The notes: generated from the letters alone by a model not told the origin. A stretch of 64,000 nt of DNA from Pseudomonadota bacterium (GCA_043827325.1 JBDRPF010000039.1:5694-69693), one strand, 5' to 3'; counted from the first letter of the stretch, positions 28,908 through 39,257 are shown. Numbers and translations are program-made.

Positions 28908-28981
28908 TGGCTGAGGGACTAGGATTCGAACCTAGATTAACGGGGCCAGAACCCGTCGTCCTGCCTTTAGACGATCCCTCA
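28908..28981 (-). tRNA. tRNA-Gln (anticodon CTG), CCA encoded
   Basis: Manual fold: acceptor TGAGGGA/TCCCTCA (U1-A72 as in bacterial tRNA-Gln), D stem GTC/GAC, anticodon arm ACGGG-TTCTGGC-CCCGT, T arm CTAGG-TTCGAAT-CCTAG, discriminator G, CCA. Confidence 0.9.
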
Positions 28982-28992
28982 TCAACGCCTTT

Positions 28993-29020
28993 TTGATATC
29001 ACAACCGCAATCTGAGTCAA
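28993..29020 (-). promoter_or_regulatory. Sigma70-like promoter for tRNA-Gln
   Basis: Minus strand: TTGACT, 16-nt spacer, TATCAA, ending 11 nt before the tRNA 5' end. Confidence 0.4.
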
Positions 29021-29531
29021 GACAATTTTGACGGCCTCCCCTCTCACCCGGGCAATGCCCGGCTCCCGCCCCATCGATCTTTTTCGTGTTTTGAGAAATC
29101 GCGCCGGTCCGTTTTTACTACACGGCAACAAATTAATATCAGTAATAAGTAAAGCGGCTTATGCCGGATGAAACGCTGCAAACAGATTTCACATCGCAAA
29201 ATCCCTTTCAACCGATGGGGGTACACATGGTTTTGCATGGGGGCAAGAATGGCCGTTCCGTTTTTATTATATTAAATAACAGTTGGTTAGGAACTTTTGG
29301 CCATTGGATTTATTTCTCGGAGCTCCTCGAGGATTAATACCGGGCGGGCCTTGGAAAAAAATAATTTCAACGATATTTTCAAAAAACCTTGACATTCCAT
29401 TTTATATAAACTACTAGACCTCCAACCTGAAAATTGTAGTAATTATGAATGTATTTTGCAATATAACAAGTGGTTATATATTGCTCGTGTCTGCACAATA
29501 GTAATATACTCATAATAAAGGAAAAACACAT

Positions 29532-31199
29532 ATGCCGCCGATGAAAGAAGGTTCTGACGTTGTTTATACCGGTTTGGACAGTGAAACCCGTCAGATGGTC
29601 ATAGAGACCGTCCGTCAGCTTCGCAAACGTCTGTTAACCAAAGAGAAAATATTGGAGTATGATCGAAAAGAGCTGTTTCCGGAGGAAACGATTCGAGAGA
29701 TGTTGAGTCCGGAGATCGGCCTTCAGCTGGTGTTCATCTCCGAAAAATACGGCGGAATGGGGGGTGGCGCGCGGGACCTTTGCGCGGTGACCCGTGAGAT
29801 TTCCAAAATCTGCCTGGGTATCGCCACCGGTTTTTTTGCCGTTCAGCTGGGTGCGGACCCGTTGATCGTCGGCGCCACAGAGGCGCAGAAGGAAAAGTGG
29901 CTGGGTGCCATCGCCGAAGGGAGTACGCTGGTCGCCTATGCGGTGACGGAAGCGGGGGCCGGGAGCAATCTCGCGGCGCTGAAGACAAAAGCAGATCCGG
30001 TGCTGGGTGAAGACGGCGAGGTGACGGGCTATCGGATCAACGGTTCCAAGCAGTTCATATCAACTGGGGGATACGCGGATTTTATCACCCTGCTGGCCAA
30101 GACGCCGGAAGGCCCTTCTTTTTTTGTAGTGGAAAAAGGAACGGAAGGGTTTGTTCAGGGAAAGGGAGAGGAAAAGCACGGAATTCGCGCGTCGAACACG
30201 TCGCCGCTGTCGTTTACGGACGTGTTTGTTCCGGTGGAGAATCTTATCGGCGGTATTCCCGGTCAGGGCATGAAGCACGCCAACAAGGTGTTCGGTTACA
30301 CGCGCCTGATGGTTGCGGCCATGGCGCTGGGCGCCGGGGATGCGGTGCTGGAGATTGTGATTCCGTATGCAAAGGAGCGGATTCAGTTCGGGACGCCGTT
30401 GAGCGAAAAACAGGGCTACACCCATAAGCTGGTCGTTCCGCATGTGGTTCGTCTCGCGGCGGCGGCGGCATATATTGATGAGATCGCGCTACGGCTGGAC
30501 TCGGGAGAATCCGAACTTCACGTGGAAGGTTCCATCGCCAAGCTGTTTACCTCGGAGTCCGCAAATAATGCGGCGGAAGACGGCATTCAGGCGCTGGGCG
30601 GTTACGGTTATATTGCCGAGTTCGAGGTGGAGAAGATCAAGCGGGATGTCAGGATCACCTGCATCTACGAGGGCACGAGTGAGATTCAGCAGAGCATCAT
30701 CAGCCTGTTCCGGTGGCGATCCACGCGAAAGAGCAAGGGCGAGTTTTACGGTGCGGTTTATCGGGAGCTGAAAGCGCTGGACGAAGCGATGGGTGACGCG
30801 GGATGCCTGTATTACGGTCTTTCGGCGAGGGCGTTGAACGAGACCATTATGCGTGCCCATGACGCTCGTCTGACAAAGCAGCAGCATGTGATGTTCGTGT
30901 TGGCGGACATGATGACCCACGTTGAGGTGGGTGCGGCATTGGGGCGCAAGGCGGTGTCGCTTGCCAGGGCGGGCGATGCGGACGCGGATCTTTTCAAGAC
31001 CATGTCGCGGGTGTTTGCCCGTGAGGTGGCCGATTTTGTCGCCCGGAATGCGATTCAGATTATGATGGGTACCGGCGCGATAGACGCATCGGGCATGCCT
31101 GAATTCACGGAGGCCATCTCCTATAACGAATTGATGAACAGCAATCGGGATCTGCTCCGGGATATGGACGCGGTCGCGAAAATAGTATTTGAAAAATAA
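29532..31199 (+). CDS. Acyl-CoA dehydrogenase family protein (long, 555 aa)
   Basis: ACAD patterns YAVTEAGAGSN, FISTGG and IYEGTSEIQ, plus a ~170-aa C-terminal extension. AAAGGAAAAA tract before the ATG. Confidence 0.85.
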   Translation: MPPMKEGSDVVYTGLDSETRQMVIETVRQLRKRLLTKEKILEYDRKELFPEETIREMLSPEIGLQLVFISEKYGGMGGGARDLCAVTREISKICLGIATGFFAVQLGADPLIVGATEAQKEKWLGAIAEGSTLVAYAVTEAGAGSNLAALKTKADPVLGEDGEVTGYRINGSKQFISTGGYADFITLLAKTPEGPSFFVVEKGTEGFVQGKGEEKHGIRASNTSPLSFTDVFVPVENLIGGIPGQGMKHANKVFGYTRLMVAAMALGAGDAVLEIVIPYAKERIQFGTPLSEKQGYTHKLVVPHVVRLAAAAAYIDEIALRLDSGESELHVEGSIAKLFTSESANNAAEDGIQALGGYGYIAEFEVEKIKRDVRITCIYEGTSEIQQSIISLFRWRSTRKSKGEFYGAVYRELKALDEAMGDAGCLYYGLSARALNETIMRAHDARLTKQQHVMFVLADMMTHVEVGAALGRKAVSLARAGDADADLFKTMSRVFAREVADFVARNAIQIMMGTGAIDASGMPEFTEAISYNELMNSNRDLLRDMDAVAKIVFEK

Positions 31200-31238
31200 A
31201 TATAAATGATATTTCACCCCAAAAAGGAGGTAAGCTGA

Positions 31239-31469
31239 ATGTCCATCGAAGATAAAGTTTTAAAGATTATTGCAGAAAAACTGAGTGTTGATATGGTTGA
31301 GGTGGTGCCCGATGCAGCCTTTATAGATGATCTTGGAGCGGATTCACTGGATCTTGTTGAACTGGTTATGTCCATGGAGGAGGAATTCGATATCGAGATT
31401 TCCGATGAAGATGCGGAAAAGATGGTGCGGGTTCAGGATGCCCTCGATTACATAAAAAAGCGTTCATAA
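31239..31469 (+). CDS. Acyl carrier protein
   Basis: 76 aa, phosphopantetheine attachment motif [22 protein letters not shown] upstream. Confidence 0.9.
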   Translation: MSIEDKVLKIIAEKLSVDMVEVVPDAAFIDDLGADSLDLVELVMSMEEEFDIEISDEDAEKMVRVQDALDYIKKRS

Positions 31470-31537
31470 AAACTCCAGACCGGGTTCGTCGCGTTTTATC
31501 TGAAATCGCGCAGCAAACCCGTTAAAAGGAGGTTATT

Positions 31538-32779
31538 TTGGAAAGGCGGGTAGTTATAACGGGTCTAGGGCTCATCACCTCTCTGGGTATCGGGGTCGAA
31601 GAGACGTGGTCGAATTTGTGCGCCGGCAAGTCAGGAATTTCCGAAATCACCCGGTTCGATGCCTCAGACTACGGCACACGAATTGCCGGAGAAGTGAAAG
31701 ATTTCCGCCCTGAAGATTTCCTTTCCCTGAAAGAGGCAAAACGGACCCAGCTGTTTATTGCTTACGCCGTGGCAGCTTCCCGGATGGCGGTGGAAGACTC
31801 GGGGCTGGTGATCGACAGTTCCAATCAAAACCGGGTCGGAGTCCTGACCGGCTGCGGCTTGGGCGGCCTTGAAATACTCGAGCGAAGCAACAGGGTCATC
31901 GAGACGCAGGGCCCGAAAAGAGTGACCCCCTTTTTAATCCCCTTGATGATCGGGAACATGGCGCCGGGGATGGTCTCCATCCACCTGGGAGCCAAGGGTC
32001 CGAATCTTTCGATTGCCACGGCATGTGCGGCCGGCACCCACGCTGTAGGGGATGCGTTCAAGATCATAAAGCACGGTGCCGCGGATGCCATGATAACCGG
32101 AGGTGTGGAATCGGTCATCACCCCTACGTGTATTGCCGGTTTTGGTGCCATGAGGGCCCTGTCCACGCGGAATGATGAACCTGAAAAGGCGTCCCGGCCG
32201 TTTGACCGGGATCGTGACGGTTTTGTTGTGGGTGAAGGATGCGGCATTGTCATTCTTGAAACCCTCGATGGCGCGCTCGAACGGGGGGCCCGCATCTATG
32301 GCGAAATCTGTGGGTTCGGGATGAGCGGAGACGGGTTTCACATGTCGGCACCCGCGCCGGAAGGCGAAGGCGCGGCAAGGTGCATGGCTGCAGCCCTTGA
32401 CGACGCAGGGATATCTTACACCGAAATGGATTATATCAACGCACACGGTACGTCAACGGACCTGAACGATGTTCTGGAGACGCTGGCGATAAAAACCGTT
32501 TTCAAGGAAAAAGCGCCGTTGATACCGATCAGCTCCACCAAGTCCATGACTGGCCATCTCCTGGGGGGCGCCGGCGGCATAGAGACCGTTTTCACGGCGC
32601 TTACCGTTCACACTGGCCTGATCCCGCCGACAATAAACCTGGATAATCCGGACAAGCAATGTGATCTCGATTATGTTCCCCACATTGCCCGAAAGGCCGG
32701 AGTGGAAACCGCCATGAGCAACTCGTTTGGTTTCGGAGGGACAAACGCTTCGATAATCATAAAAAAATACCGGCATTGA
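31538..32779 (+). CDS. fabF: Beta-ketoacyl-ACP synthase II
   Basis: RVVITGLG, active-site ATACAAG, HGTST, GHLLGGAG and SFGFGGTN motifs. TTG start 5 nt after AAGGAGG. Possibly an accessory paralogue. Confidence 0.9.
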   Translation: MERRVVITGLGLITSLGIGVEETWSNLCAGKSGISEITRFDASDYGTRIAGEVKDFRPEDFLSLKEAKRTQLFIAYAVAASRMAVEDSGLVIDSSNQNRVGVLTGCGLGGLEILERSNRVIETQGPKRVTPFLIPLMIGNMAPGMVSIHLGAKGPNLSIATACAAGTHAVGDAFKIIKHGAADAMITGGVESVITPTCIAGFGAMRALSTRNDEPEKASRPFDRDRDGFVVGEGCGIVILETLDGALERGARIYGEICGFGMSGDGFHMSAPAPEGEGAARCMAAALDDAGISYTEMDYINAHGTSTDLNDVLETLAIKTVFKEKAPLIPISSTKSMTGHLLGGAGGIETVFTALTVHTGLIPPTINLDNPDKQCDLDYVPHIARKAGVETAMSNSFGFGGTNASIIIKKYRH

Positions 32780-32886
32780 TCCAGTTCGGCAACCGATCAT
32801 GGAAACCGTTATAATAAACCGGGGCAGGGGTAATTAAAGAATCCCGGCCCAAAGAATCAGGTTTTTCATGAGTAAATAAAAAACTT

Positions 32887-33900
32887 ATGCACTTTTCAGC
32901 AAGAATTACAGGAACCGGCTCGGCGTTTCCTGATGCCCGCGTCACAAACAGTGACCTGGCCAAGAAACTTAAAAAGCTGGGCGTTGTAACCAATGACCGC
33001 TGGATACGCGAACGAACGGGAATTCGCGAGCGGCGGATTGCAAATGTTGAAAATCCGGATGAGCACAATTCCTCTCTCGGGCTGGCGGCCGCACGAAACG
33101 CATTGGACATGGCCGGCAAAACAGCCGGAGATATCGACCAGATTATCTACGCAACCTGTTCTCCGGACACGCTGCTCCCCTCTACCGCGTGCTGGCTTCA
33201 ACACAAGATCGGGGCCGGAAGGGCCTGGGCCATGGATGTCAATGCCGCGTGTTCCGGTTTTGTTTATGGCCTTGCGACCGCCGAACAGTTTGTTCGAACC
33301 GGGCAGGTTAAAACGTCCCTTGTCGTCGGCGGCGAAGTCTTGAGCCCATTCCTCAACTGGAAAGATCGAGGCTCATGCATTCTGTTCGGGGACGGTGCCG
33401 GCGCGGCGATTGTGGAACAGGTCGAAGCCGGGTCGCCCCGACGGATTCTGTCCAGCCATTTGCTTTCGGATGGAAATCTCTGGGAGCTGTTTTACATTCC
33501 GGCCGGCGGCTCGAATATGGAGGTCACGCCGGAACGATACCACCAAAATCTCCACAAAATGAAAATGAAGGGCAAGGAAATCTTTAAAATTGCCGTAAAA
33601 ACCCTTGCCGATTTCGCACGTCTCGCTTTAAATCAAAACAATATGACTGTGGACGATTTGGATTGGTTCGTTCCGCATCAGGCGAATTTCCGGATCATCG
33701 AAGCCGTGGGAAAGCGCCTTGACTTTCCCCTGGAAAAAATTTTGGTTAACGTGGATCGATACGGCAACACCTCTGCGGCAACGATTCCCACAGCCCTGGA
33801 CGAAGCGGTTCGAGACGGCCGGATCAAAACCGGCCAGACCGTTTTGCTCGACACCTTCGGCGCGGGCCTGACGTATGGATCGGTTCTCCTTCGCTGGTAG
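32887..33900 (+). CDS. fabH: Beta-ketoacyl-ACP synthase III
   Basis: ITGTGSAFP, active-site AACSGF, HQAN, GNTSAA motifs. Possibly an accessory paralogue. Confidence 0.9.
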   Translation: MHFSARITGTGSAFPDARVTNSDLAKKLKKLGVVTNDRWIRERTGIRERRIANVENPDEHNSSLGLAAARNALDMAGKTAGDIDQIIYATCSPDTLLPSTACWLQHKIGAGRAWAMDVNAACSGFVYGLATAEQFVRTGQVKTSLVVGGEVLSPFLNWKDRGSCILFGDGAGAAIVEQVEAGSPRRILSSHLLSDGNLWELFYIPAGGSNMEVTPERYHQNLHKMKMKGKEIFKIAVKTLADFARLALNQNNMTVDDLDWFVPHQANFRIIEAVGKRLDFPLEKILVNVDRYGNTSAATIPTALDEAVRDGRIKTGQTVLLDTFGAGLTYGSVLLRW

Positions 33901-33994
33901 TAAAACCGGATATTGAGCATAATCACTTGGATTTAATTAAATTATAAAAAGTTCTCATCCGTTTTCATGCACTATTCGGACTCAGATTCCGGTC

Positions 33995-34810
33995 ATGGAC
34001 ACAGAACACTTCCGGCACATTCTCAAAACAGAATTCGGCTACAAAAGCCCCCAAAAGCGATATTTTCTTGCGGAAAATCTTCCGGGCTGGGCAACGGCTC
34101 TCTTTTATACCCGATTTGTAAGACTGGTATACACAACGAGCAGGATTGCCGGAAGCGGGGGCCTGAACCATAAAAAATGGGCGGACGCGTCTCTGGCGGT
34201 TCTCAAAATCATTGAATCGGTGGGCGGCAAGCTTCAGGTGTCCGGGCTGAAAGGGGTGGCCGAACATAAAGGCCCGTTAATATACATTGTCAATCATATG
34301 AGCATGATCGACACCTTGATAATGCCCTGCTTGGGCCTGGCCTTCAATGACCTTACGTTTGTGGTCAAGGAAGGATTGCTCTCCTATCCGGTTTTCGGCG
34401 CCATTATGAGAGCCGTTCATCCCATTGCCGTGACACGGCGAAACCCCAGGGAAGACCTCAAAACGGTTCTGCACAAGGGCCAGGAGTATCTCTCCGGCGG
34501 ATATTCCATTGTAATATTTCCCCAGGCGACCCGAAGTGCCGTGTTCGATGCCGTTGGCTTCAATTCTCTCGGAATCAAGCTTGCCAGAAAAGCAGGGGTC
34601 CCGGTGGTCCCCGTCGCCCTGAAGACCGACTTCCAGGGAAATGGTCGAATTATTAAGGAAATGGGGCCCGTTGATCCTCGAAAAACCCTGTACTTCAAGT
34701 TTGGAGCTCCCGTCGCTGTGGAAGGCGGCGGCCAGAAAGCCCATCAGGATGTCGTTGAATTTATAGCGAAAACCTTGAGGGGATGGGGCGGTGAGGTGAA
34801 AGGGTTTTGA
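33995..34810 (+). CDS. Lysophospholipid (1-acyl-sn-glycerol-3-phosphate-type) acyltransferase
   Basis: HxxxxD motif NHMSMIDT, FPQATRS (FPEGTR-type) and VPVVPVAL blocks. Confidence 0.8.
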   Translation: MDTEHFRHILKTEFGYKSPQKRYFLAENLPGWATALFYTRFVRLVYTTSRIAGSGGLNHKKWADASLAVLKIIESVGGKLQVSGLKGVAEHKGPLIYIVNHMSMIDTLIMPCLGLAFNDLTFVVKEGLLSYPVFGAIMRAVHPIAVTRRNPREDLKTVLHKGQEYLSGGYSIVIFPQATRSAVFDAVGFNSLGIKLARKAGVPVVPVALKTDFQGNGRIIKEMGPVDPRKTLYFKFGAPVAVEGGGQKAHQDVVEFIAKTLRGWGGEVKGF

Positions 34811-34818
34811 AACCGATT

Positions 34819-35238
34819 CTAGGCATCCGTATCCGGCATTGCCGGCACCGGTATCTTGAAAAACTGCACCCCCTCTTTTTTCAACATCTTTTCTTCTTCC
34901 TTGGTGCTGAAACCCCTTATATTTCTTGCCTCCGAGCTGCCATAGTGGATCTTCAGCGCCTCTTTGGCAAAATCACACCCAACATTATCGAAATTCTTCT
35001 CCACAAAATCTACGATCTTCTTGCCGACAACAGCCATATCCATCTGTTGACCATCTTCATCTCTTCCGGCGTGCGCGGTCTTTATCGCAAATGTGGAAGG
35101 GACCCTGTAAACAGCGGTATCGTTACAGATCGGACAGGTAATGAATCCCTGCTTTTTTTGCGCTTCATACGCCTTGGAATCTTCAAACCAGCCTTCAAAA
35201 GCATGTCCGCCGGCGCACTGTAAATCGTAGGCTATCAT
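34819..35238 (-). CDS. DUF1178 family protein
   Basis: MIAYDLQC..GH.FEGWF.DS.AYE.Q...G.I.CP.C is the typical DUF1178 opening. ATG 35238 with AAGGAA upstream is preferred to the longer ORF-track start. Confidence 0.7.
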   Translation of the reverse strand: MIAYDLQCAGGHAFEGWFEDSKAYEAQKKQGFITCPICNDTAVYRVPSTFAIKTAHAGRDEDGQQMDMAVVGKKIVDFVEKNFDNVGCDFAKEALKIHYGSSEARNIRGFSTKEEEKMLKKEGVQFFKIPVPAMPDTDA

Positions 35239-35624
35239 TAAACCGTTCCTTTTTCGTAAAACGCAATCACCCGGTTCACGCGAAAATACCATCCGGCCAA
35301 CGAAACCCGGTTTCATTTCTGACTGCAAGTTATCATGAATTTCACCATTTTTAAAGTTTTTAAAGAAATTATTGACAGATTCAATTTTTTCAAACACAAA
35401 TAGCGAAAAAAACTAATCTTTTTCAATTGTGCCGGTTCACGTTGAAATGATGAACCCAAAGATAGCGCCCCGTCACTTTTGCAACTATATTAACAGCTTA
35501 CGCCGGGGCGATGTTTTTTAAAGACACCGGTGTTTCGGTTCGGAAACCACAAGCGAAATCAGCGTGTTATGATTGCTCCCTGAAAACGCGTACGGATCGT
35601 CAACCCATATGGAGAGGGCCGTTT

Positions 35625-36275
35625 ATGAAACGTTTTGTTTTTATTGGAATTTGGCTCCTTTTGCTGCCTTCGGTCGTCCAGGCTGAAAGAATGTTCATCA
35701 GCGATGAGTTCGAGATAACGCTGAGAACCGGAAAGGGAATGGATCACAAAATAATATCGATGCTTAAATCAGGGGAATCGGTTGAGACCATCGAATCGTC
35801 GGATCTGTGGACCAAAATCCATACGGCCGGCGGAAGAGAAGGCTGGGTGCTCACTCGCTTTCTGAAATCAGGGGAACCGTGCCGTGTCGAACTGGAAAAA
35901 CTGAAAGAAAAACACGGGACAATGATGGAACGGCTTGCTCCGTCTCTTGAAGAAAACACGGCGCTGAAAGAAGAAAATCAAAGACTCCGCCTGGAGCTTG
36001 CCCGCAGCGAAAAAACCAGCGAGGAGCTTCGTCAAATGTACGAAAATTTAAAAACAGAGTCTTCTGATTTTGTAAATCTGAGAAAAAAATATAAAGACAC
36101 AAATAACCAGCTTGTCGAAGCAACCCAAAAAGTGGAAAAAATCGAAGATGAGCTGTCAAAACTCGAACAGCGACAGATTTTTCGTTGGATTATAACCGGT
36201 GCGGGTATTATACTACTGGGCTTTATAATCGGTTTTAGCGCCAAGCACCAGCGCCGAAGATCGTCTTTGTTATAA
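35625..36275 (+). CDS. SH3-domain membrane protein (TIGR04211/YgiM-like)
   Basis: Signal peptide (FVFIGIWLLLLPSVVQA), bacterial SH3-like segment (ISDEFEITLRTG......I.MLKSGE.VE......WTKI....G.EGWV), coiled coil, C-terminal TM helix. ATG 35625 follows GGAGAGGG. Confidence 0.7.
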   Translation: MKRFVFIGIWLLLLPSVVQAERMFISDEFEITLRTGKGMDHKIISMLKSGESVETIESSDLWTKIHTAGGREGWVLTRFLKSGEPCRVELEKLKEKHGTMMERLAPSLEENTALKEENQRLRLELARSEKTSEELRQMYENLKTESSDFVNLRKKYKDTNNQLVEATQKVEKIEDELSKLEQRQIFRWIITGAGIILLGFIIGFSAKHQRRRSSLL

Positions 36276-36329
36276 AACCGATGCGGCAATTGCTGCGGGA
36301 AAAAAAATTGTTCGTCCAAAATCGAGATT

Positions 36330-37970
36330 ATGAAAATACAAACGGACTTCCTTATTATTGGCAGCGGGGCGGCAGGTCTCAGCTTTGCCCTCAAGGCGGC
36401 GGATTTCGGAAGTGTCGCCCTGGTCACCAAAAAAGGCATCATGGACAGCAATACCGTCCATGCGCAGGGCGGTGTTGCCTCGGTTTTCGGAAAATTAGAC
36501 TCATTTGATCTGCACATTCAGGACACCCTTCTATCAGGCGAAGGAATTTGCAACCGGAAAGTTGTTGAAATGGTTGTTAAAAACGGGCCGGACAGGATCC
36601 GCGAACTAATGGATTACGGTGTGCAATTCGACCTGAGCAGCAAAACCCGGAAAAAACAGGCGTCACAACACCTCGATCTCGGGCGCGAGGGCGGTCATTC
36701 CCAAAAACGCATCGTCCATGCACAGGATATGACGGGGATCGAGATCGAACGGGTACTCGTCGCACACGTTAAAAATCATAACCGGATCACCCTGTATGAA
36801 AACCATATTGCCATCGACCTGATTACCTGCTCAACGCGAATGACACGAGGGCTTATCACAACCACGCATGAAGACACCTGTTGCGGCGCATATGTCCTCG
36901 ACAGTGAATCCAACCAGGTCAAGACGTTTTGTGCCAGGATTACCCTGCTGGCCACCGGGGGTGCGGGAAAGGTCTATCTTTACACCAGCAACCCGGATGT
37001 TGCCACCGGCGATGGTATCGCAATGGGATACAGGGCGGGGGCCACGGTGGCCAATCTCGAGTTTGTCCAATTTCACCCAACCTGCCTCTATCATCCGGAA
37101 GCCAAAAATTTCCTCATTTCAGAAGCCGTTAGAGGTGAGGGCGGCATTCTTGTTGATTCAGGCGGAAATCCGTTCATGAACCGGTATGACCCCCAAAAAG
37201 ACCTGGCATGTCGGGATGTGGTTGCCCGGGCCATAGACGCGGAACTCAAGAAAAGCGGCGACGATTCCGTATTTCTCGATATATCTCACAAGAATTCGGA
37301 TTTTGTAAAAAATCGTTTCCCCAATCTTTACGAAAAATGCCTCTCTTTTGGAATAGATATGACACGGGAGCCGATTCCCGTCGTTCCGGCAGCGCACTAC
37401 ATGTGCGGCGGCATTGCAACGGACATGCATGGCCGGACAGATATCCAGAGACTCTATGCCATTGGAGAAACAGCCTGTACCGGACTGCACGGGGCCAACC
37501 GGCTGGCCAGCAATTCTCTCATTGAAGCGTTTGTCTATGCGGACACGGCATCGCAACAGGCGGTAAAAGACCTTCAAACTCCTGACGTTGAATCTGCCAT
37601 TGACCCCCCTCTTTGGGATGAAGTTGGGACCACGGACAGCGACGAAGTTATTATGGTTTCACACAACTGGGATGAAATCCGCCGACTCATGTGGAACTAT
37701 GTTGGAATTGTCAGGTCCAATAAACGGCTGGATCGGGCCAAACGTCGGATCGAAATAATTCAAAAAGAAATTCAGGAGTATTACTGGGGCTTCAGGGTTT
37801 CTTCAGATCTGATCGAGCTTCGAAACATCGCAACCGTTGCGGAACTCATTATCAAATGCGCCAGATACCGGAAAGAAAGCCGTGGACTTCACTACAATAT
37901 TGAATACCCCTACCGGGACGACCAGCGCTGGGAAAAAGACACCGTGCTTCGCAGGCCCTTTTTGGGATAA
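36330..37970 (+). CDS. nadB: L-aspartate oxidase
   Basis: DFLIIGSGAAGLS FAD motif, HAQGG, FVQFHPT, GLHGANRLASNSL. Confidence 0.9.
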   Translation: MKIQTDFLIIGSGAAGLSFALKAADFGSVALVTKKGIMDSNTVHAQGGVASVFGKLDSFDLHIQDTLLSGEGICNRKVVEMVVKNGPDRIRELMDYGVQFDLSSKTRKKQASQHLDLGREGGHSQKRIVHAQDMTGIEIERVLVAHVKNHNRITLYENHIAIDLITCSTRMTRGLITTTHEDTCCGAYVLDSESNQVKTFCARITLLATGGAGKVYLYTSNPDVATGDGIAMGYRAGATVANLEFVQFHPTCLYHPEAKNFLISEAVRGEGGILVDSGGNPFMNRYDPQKDLACRDVVARAIDAELKKSGDDSVFLDISHKNSDFVKNRFPNLYEKCLSFGIDMTREPIPVVPAAHYMCGGIATDMHGRTDIQRLYAIGETACTGLHGANRLASNSLIEAFVYADTASQQAVKDLQTPDVESAIDPPLWDEVGTTDSDEVIMVSHNWDEIRRLMWNYVGIVRSNKRLDRAKRRIEIIQKEIQEYYWGFRVSSDLIELRNIATVAELIIKCARYRKESRGLHYNIEYPYRDDQRWEKDTVLRRPFLG

Positions 37971-38091
37971 TGAAAAATTGACAACCCCTGCATCTGCATT
38001 ATTTTAATGGATTGCCTGGCCATTAACTGACGTTCGCTGAACAAGCTCCCTTTAACAACACGCGTGCAATGAAAATTAATCGGGAAATTCC

Positions 38092-39207
38092 ATGACCAAC
38101 AAACGGGATTATTACGAAGTTCTCGGCGTAAACCGTAACGCCACCGATGATAACCTAAAGGCCGTTTACCGCAAACTCGCACTGAAGTACCACCCGGACA
38201 GAAATCCGGAAGACAGGGCCGCTGAAGAAAAATTCAAGGAAGCTTCGGAGGCCTACGAAGTTCTCAGGGACCCTCAAAAGCGAAGGATATATGACCAGTA
38301 TGGCCACCAAGGCCTTGAAGGTTCCGGTTTTTCCGGTTTTGGCGGTTTTGAGGATATATTTTCAAGTTTCGGCGATATCTTTGAAGATTTTTTCGGATTC
38401 GGCACCGGAAAGCGAACAACCAACCGCCGCATGCAGGGCGCGGATCTGCGCTATGATATGACGCTCAGTTTCATGGAGGCGGCCTTCGGGACGGAAACCG
38501 AAATAACTGTCGAAAAAATGGAAGTCTGCCCGGACTGCAACGGAAGCACATGTGAACCGGGCACCCGGCCGGAAGCCTGCGGGCAGTGCAAGGGCATGGG
38601 CCAGGTTTCCCGAAACCAGGGTTTCTTCACGGTGCGGACAACCTGCCCATACTGTAACGGGAAAGGGCAAACCATTCCGCATCCGTGCAAAAACTGCCGG
38701 GGGAACGGACAGGTAAGCGTTCGAAAAAATGTTGCCGTAAAAATACCGGCGGGCGTTGATTCCGGATCAAGGCTCCGCCTGACAGGGGAAGGGGAAGCCG
38801 GCGCACATGGCGGTCCGCCCGGCGATCTTTACGTTTTTATCGATGTTCGCCGCCATGAATATTTTGCTCGCAACAACACAGACGTGATCTATCAGGCGGA
38901 GATTTCTTTTGTTCAGGCCGCCCTCGGGGACACCATAACCGTACCCACCATACGGGGCAAAAAAAGCCTTAAAATTCCCAAAGCGACACAATTCGGCGAC
39001 ACGTTCCGTATTTCCGGCGAGGGCATACCGTCTCTTCGACGCGGTATCAACGGTGATCAGATCGTTCAGGTTGTCATCAAAACACCGACAAATCTCAATA
39101 AAAAACAGGAACAACTGCTCAAAGACTTTACGAAAATCGAATCGTCCAAACTGACCAGCAAATTAAGGAATATCCTCAAGGCAGGTTCCGACCGGGCGGC
39201 CAGATAG
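38092..39207 (+). CDS. dnaJ: Molecular chaperone DnaJ
   Basis: J domain with HPD (YHPDRNP), Gly/Phe-rich region, four CxxCxGxG zinc-finger repeats. Confidence 0.95.
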   Translation: MTNKRDYYEVLGVNRNATDDNLKAVYRKLALKYHPDRNPEDRAAEEKFKEASEAYEVLRDPQKRRIYDQYGHQGLEGSGFSGFGGFEDIFSSFGDIFEDFFGFGTGKRTTNRRMQGADLRYDMTLSFMEAAFGTETEITVEKMEVCPDCNGSTCEPGTRPEACGQCKGMGQVSRNQGFFTVRTTCPYCNGKGQTIPHPCKNCRGNGQVSVRKNVAVKIPAGVDSGSRLRLTGEGEAGAHGGPPGDLYVFIDVRRHEYFARNNTDVIYQAEISFVQAALGDTITVPTIRGKKSLKIPKATQFGDTFRISGEGIPSLRRGINGDQIVQVVIKTPTNLNKKQEQLLKDFTKIESSKLTSKLRNILKAGSDRAAR

Positions 39208-39257
39208 CCTGAATGTTTTTTGCGATTAACGTCTGGTGAACGTGCAAAAAGTCAAAA

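Noticed and set aside
29044-29238. 64-aa minus-strand ORF upstream of tRNA-Gln
   Set aside because: It is Cys/Arg-rich, has no SD, and lies in a promoter or spacer region.
37971-38091. Heat-shock control elements upstream of dnaJ (sigma32 promoter, CIRCE)
   Set aside because: A TTGACA-16/17-TATTTT sigma70-like match exists at 37978-38006. I found no CTTGAAA/CCCCAT pair at the correct spacing and no TTAGCACTC-N9-GAGTGCTAA inverted repeat.
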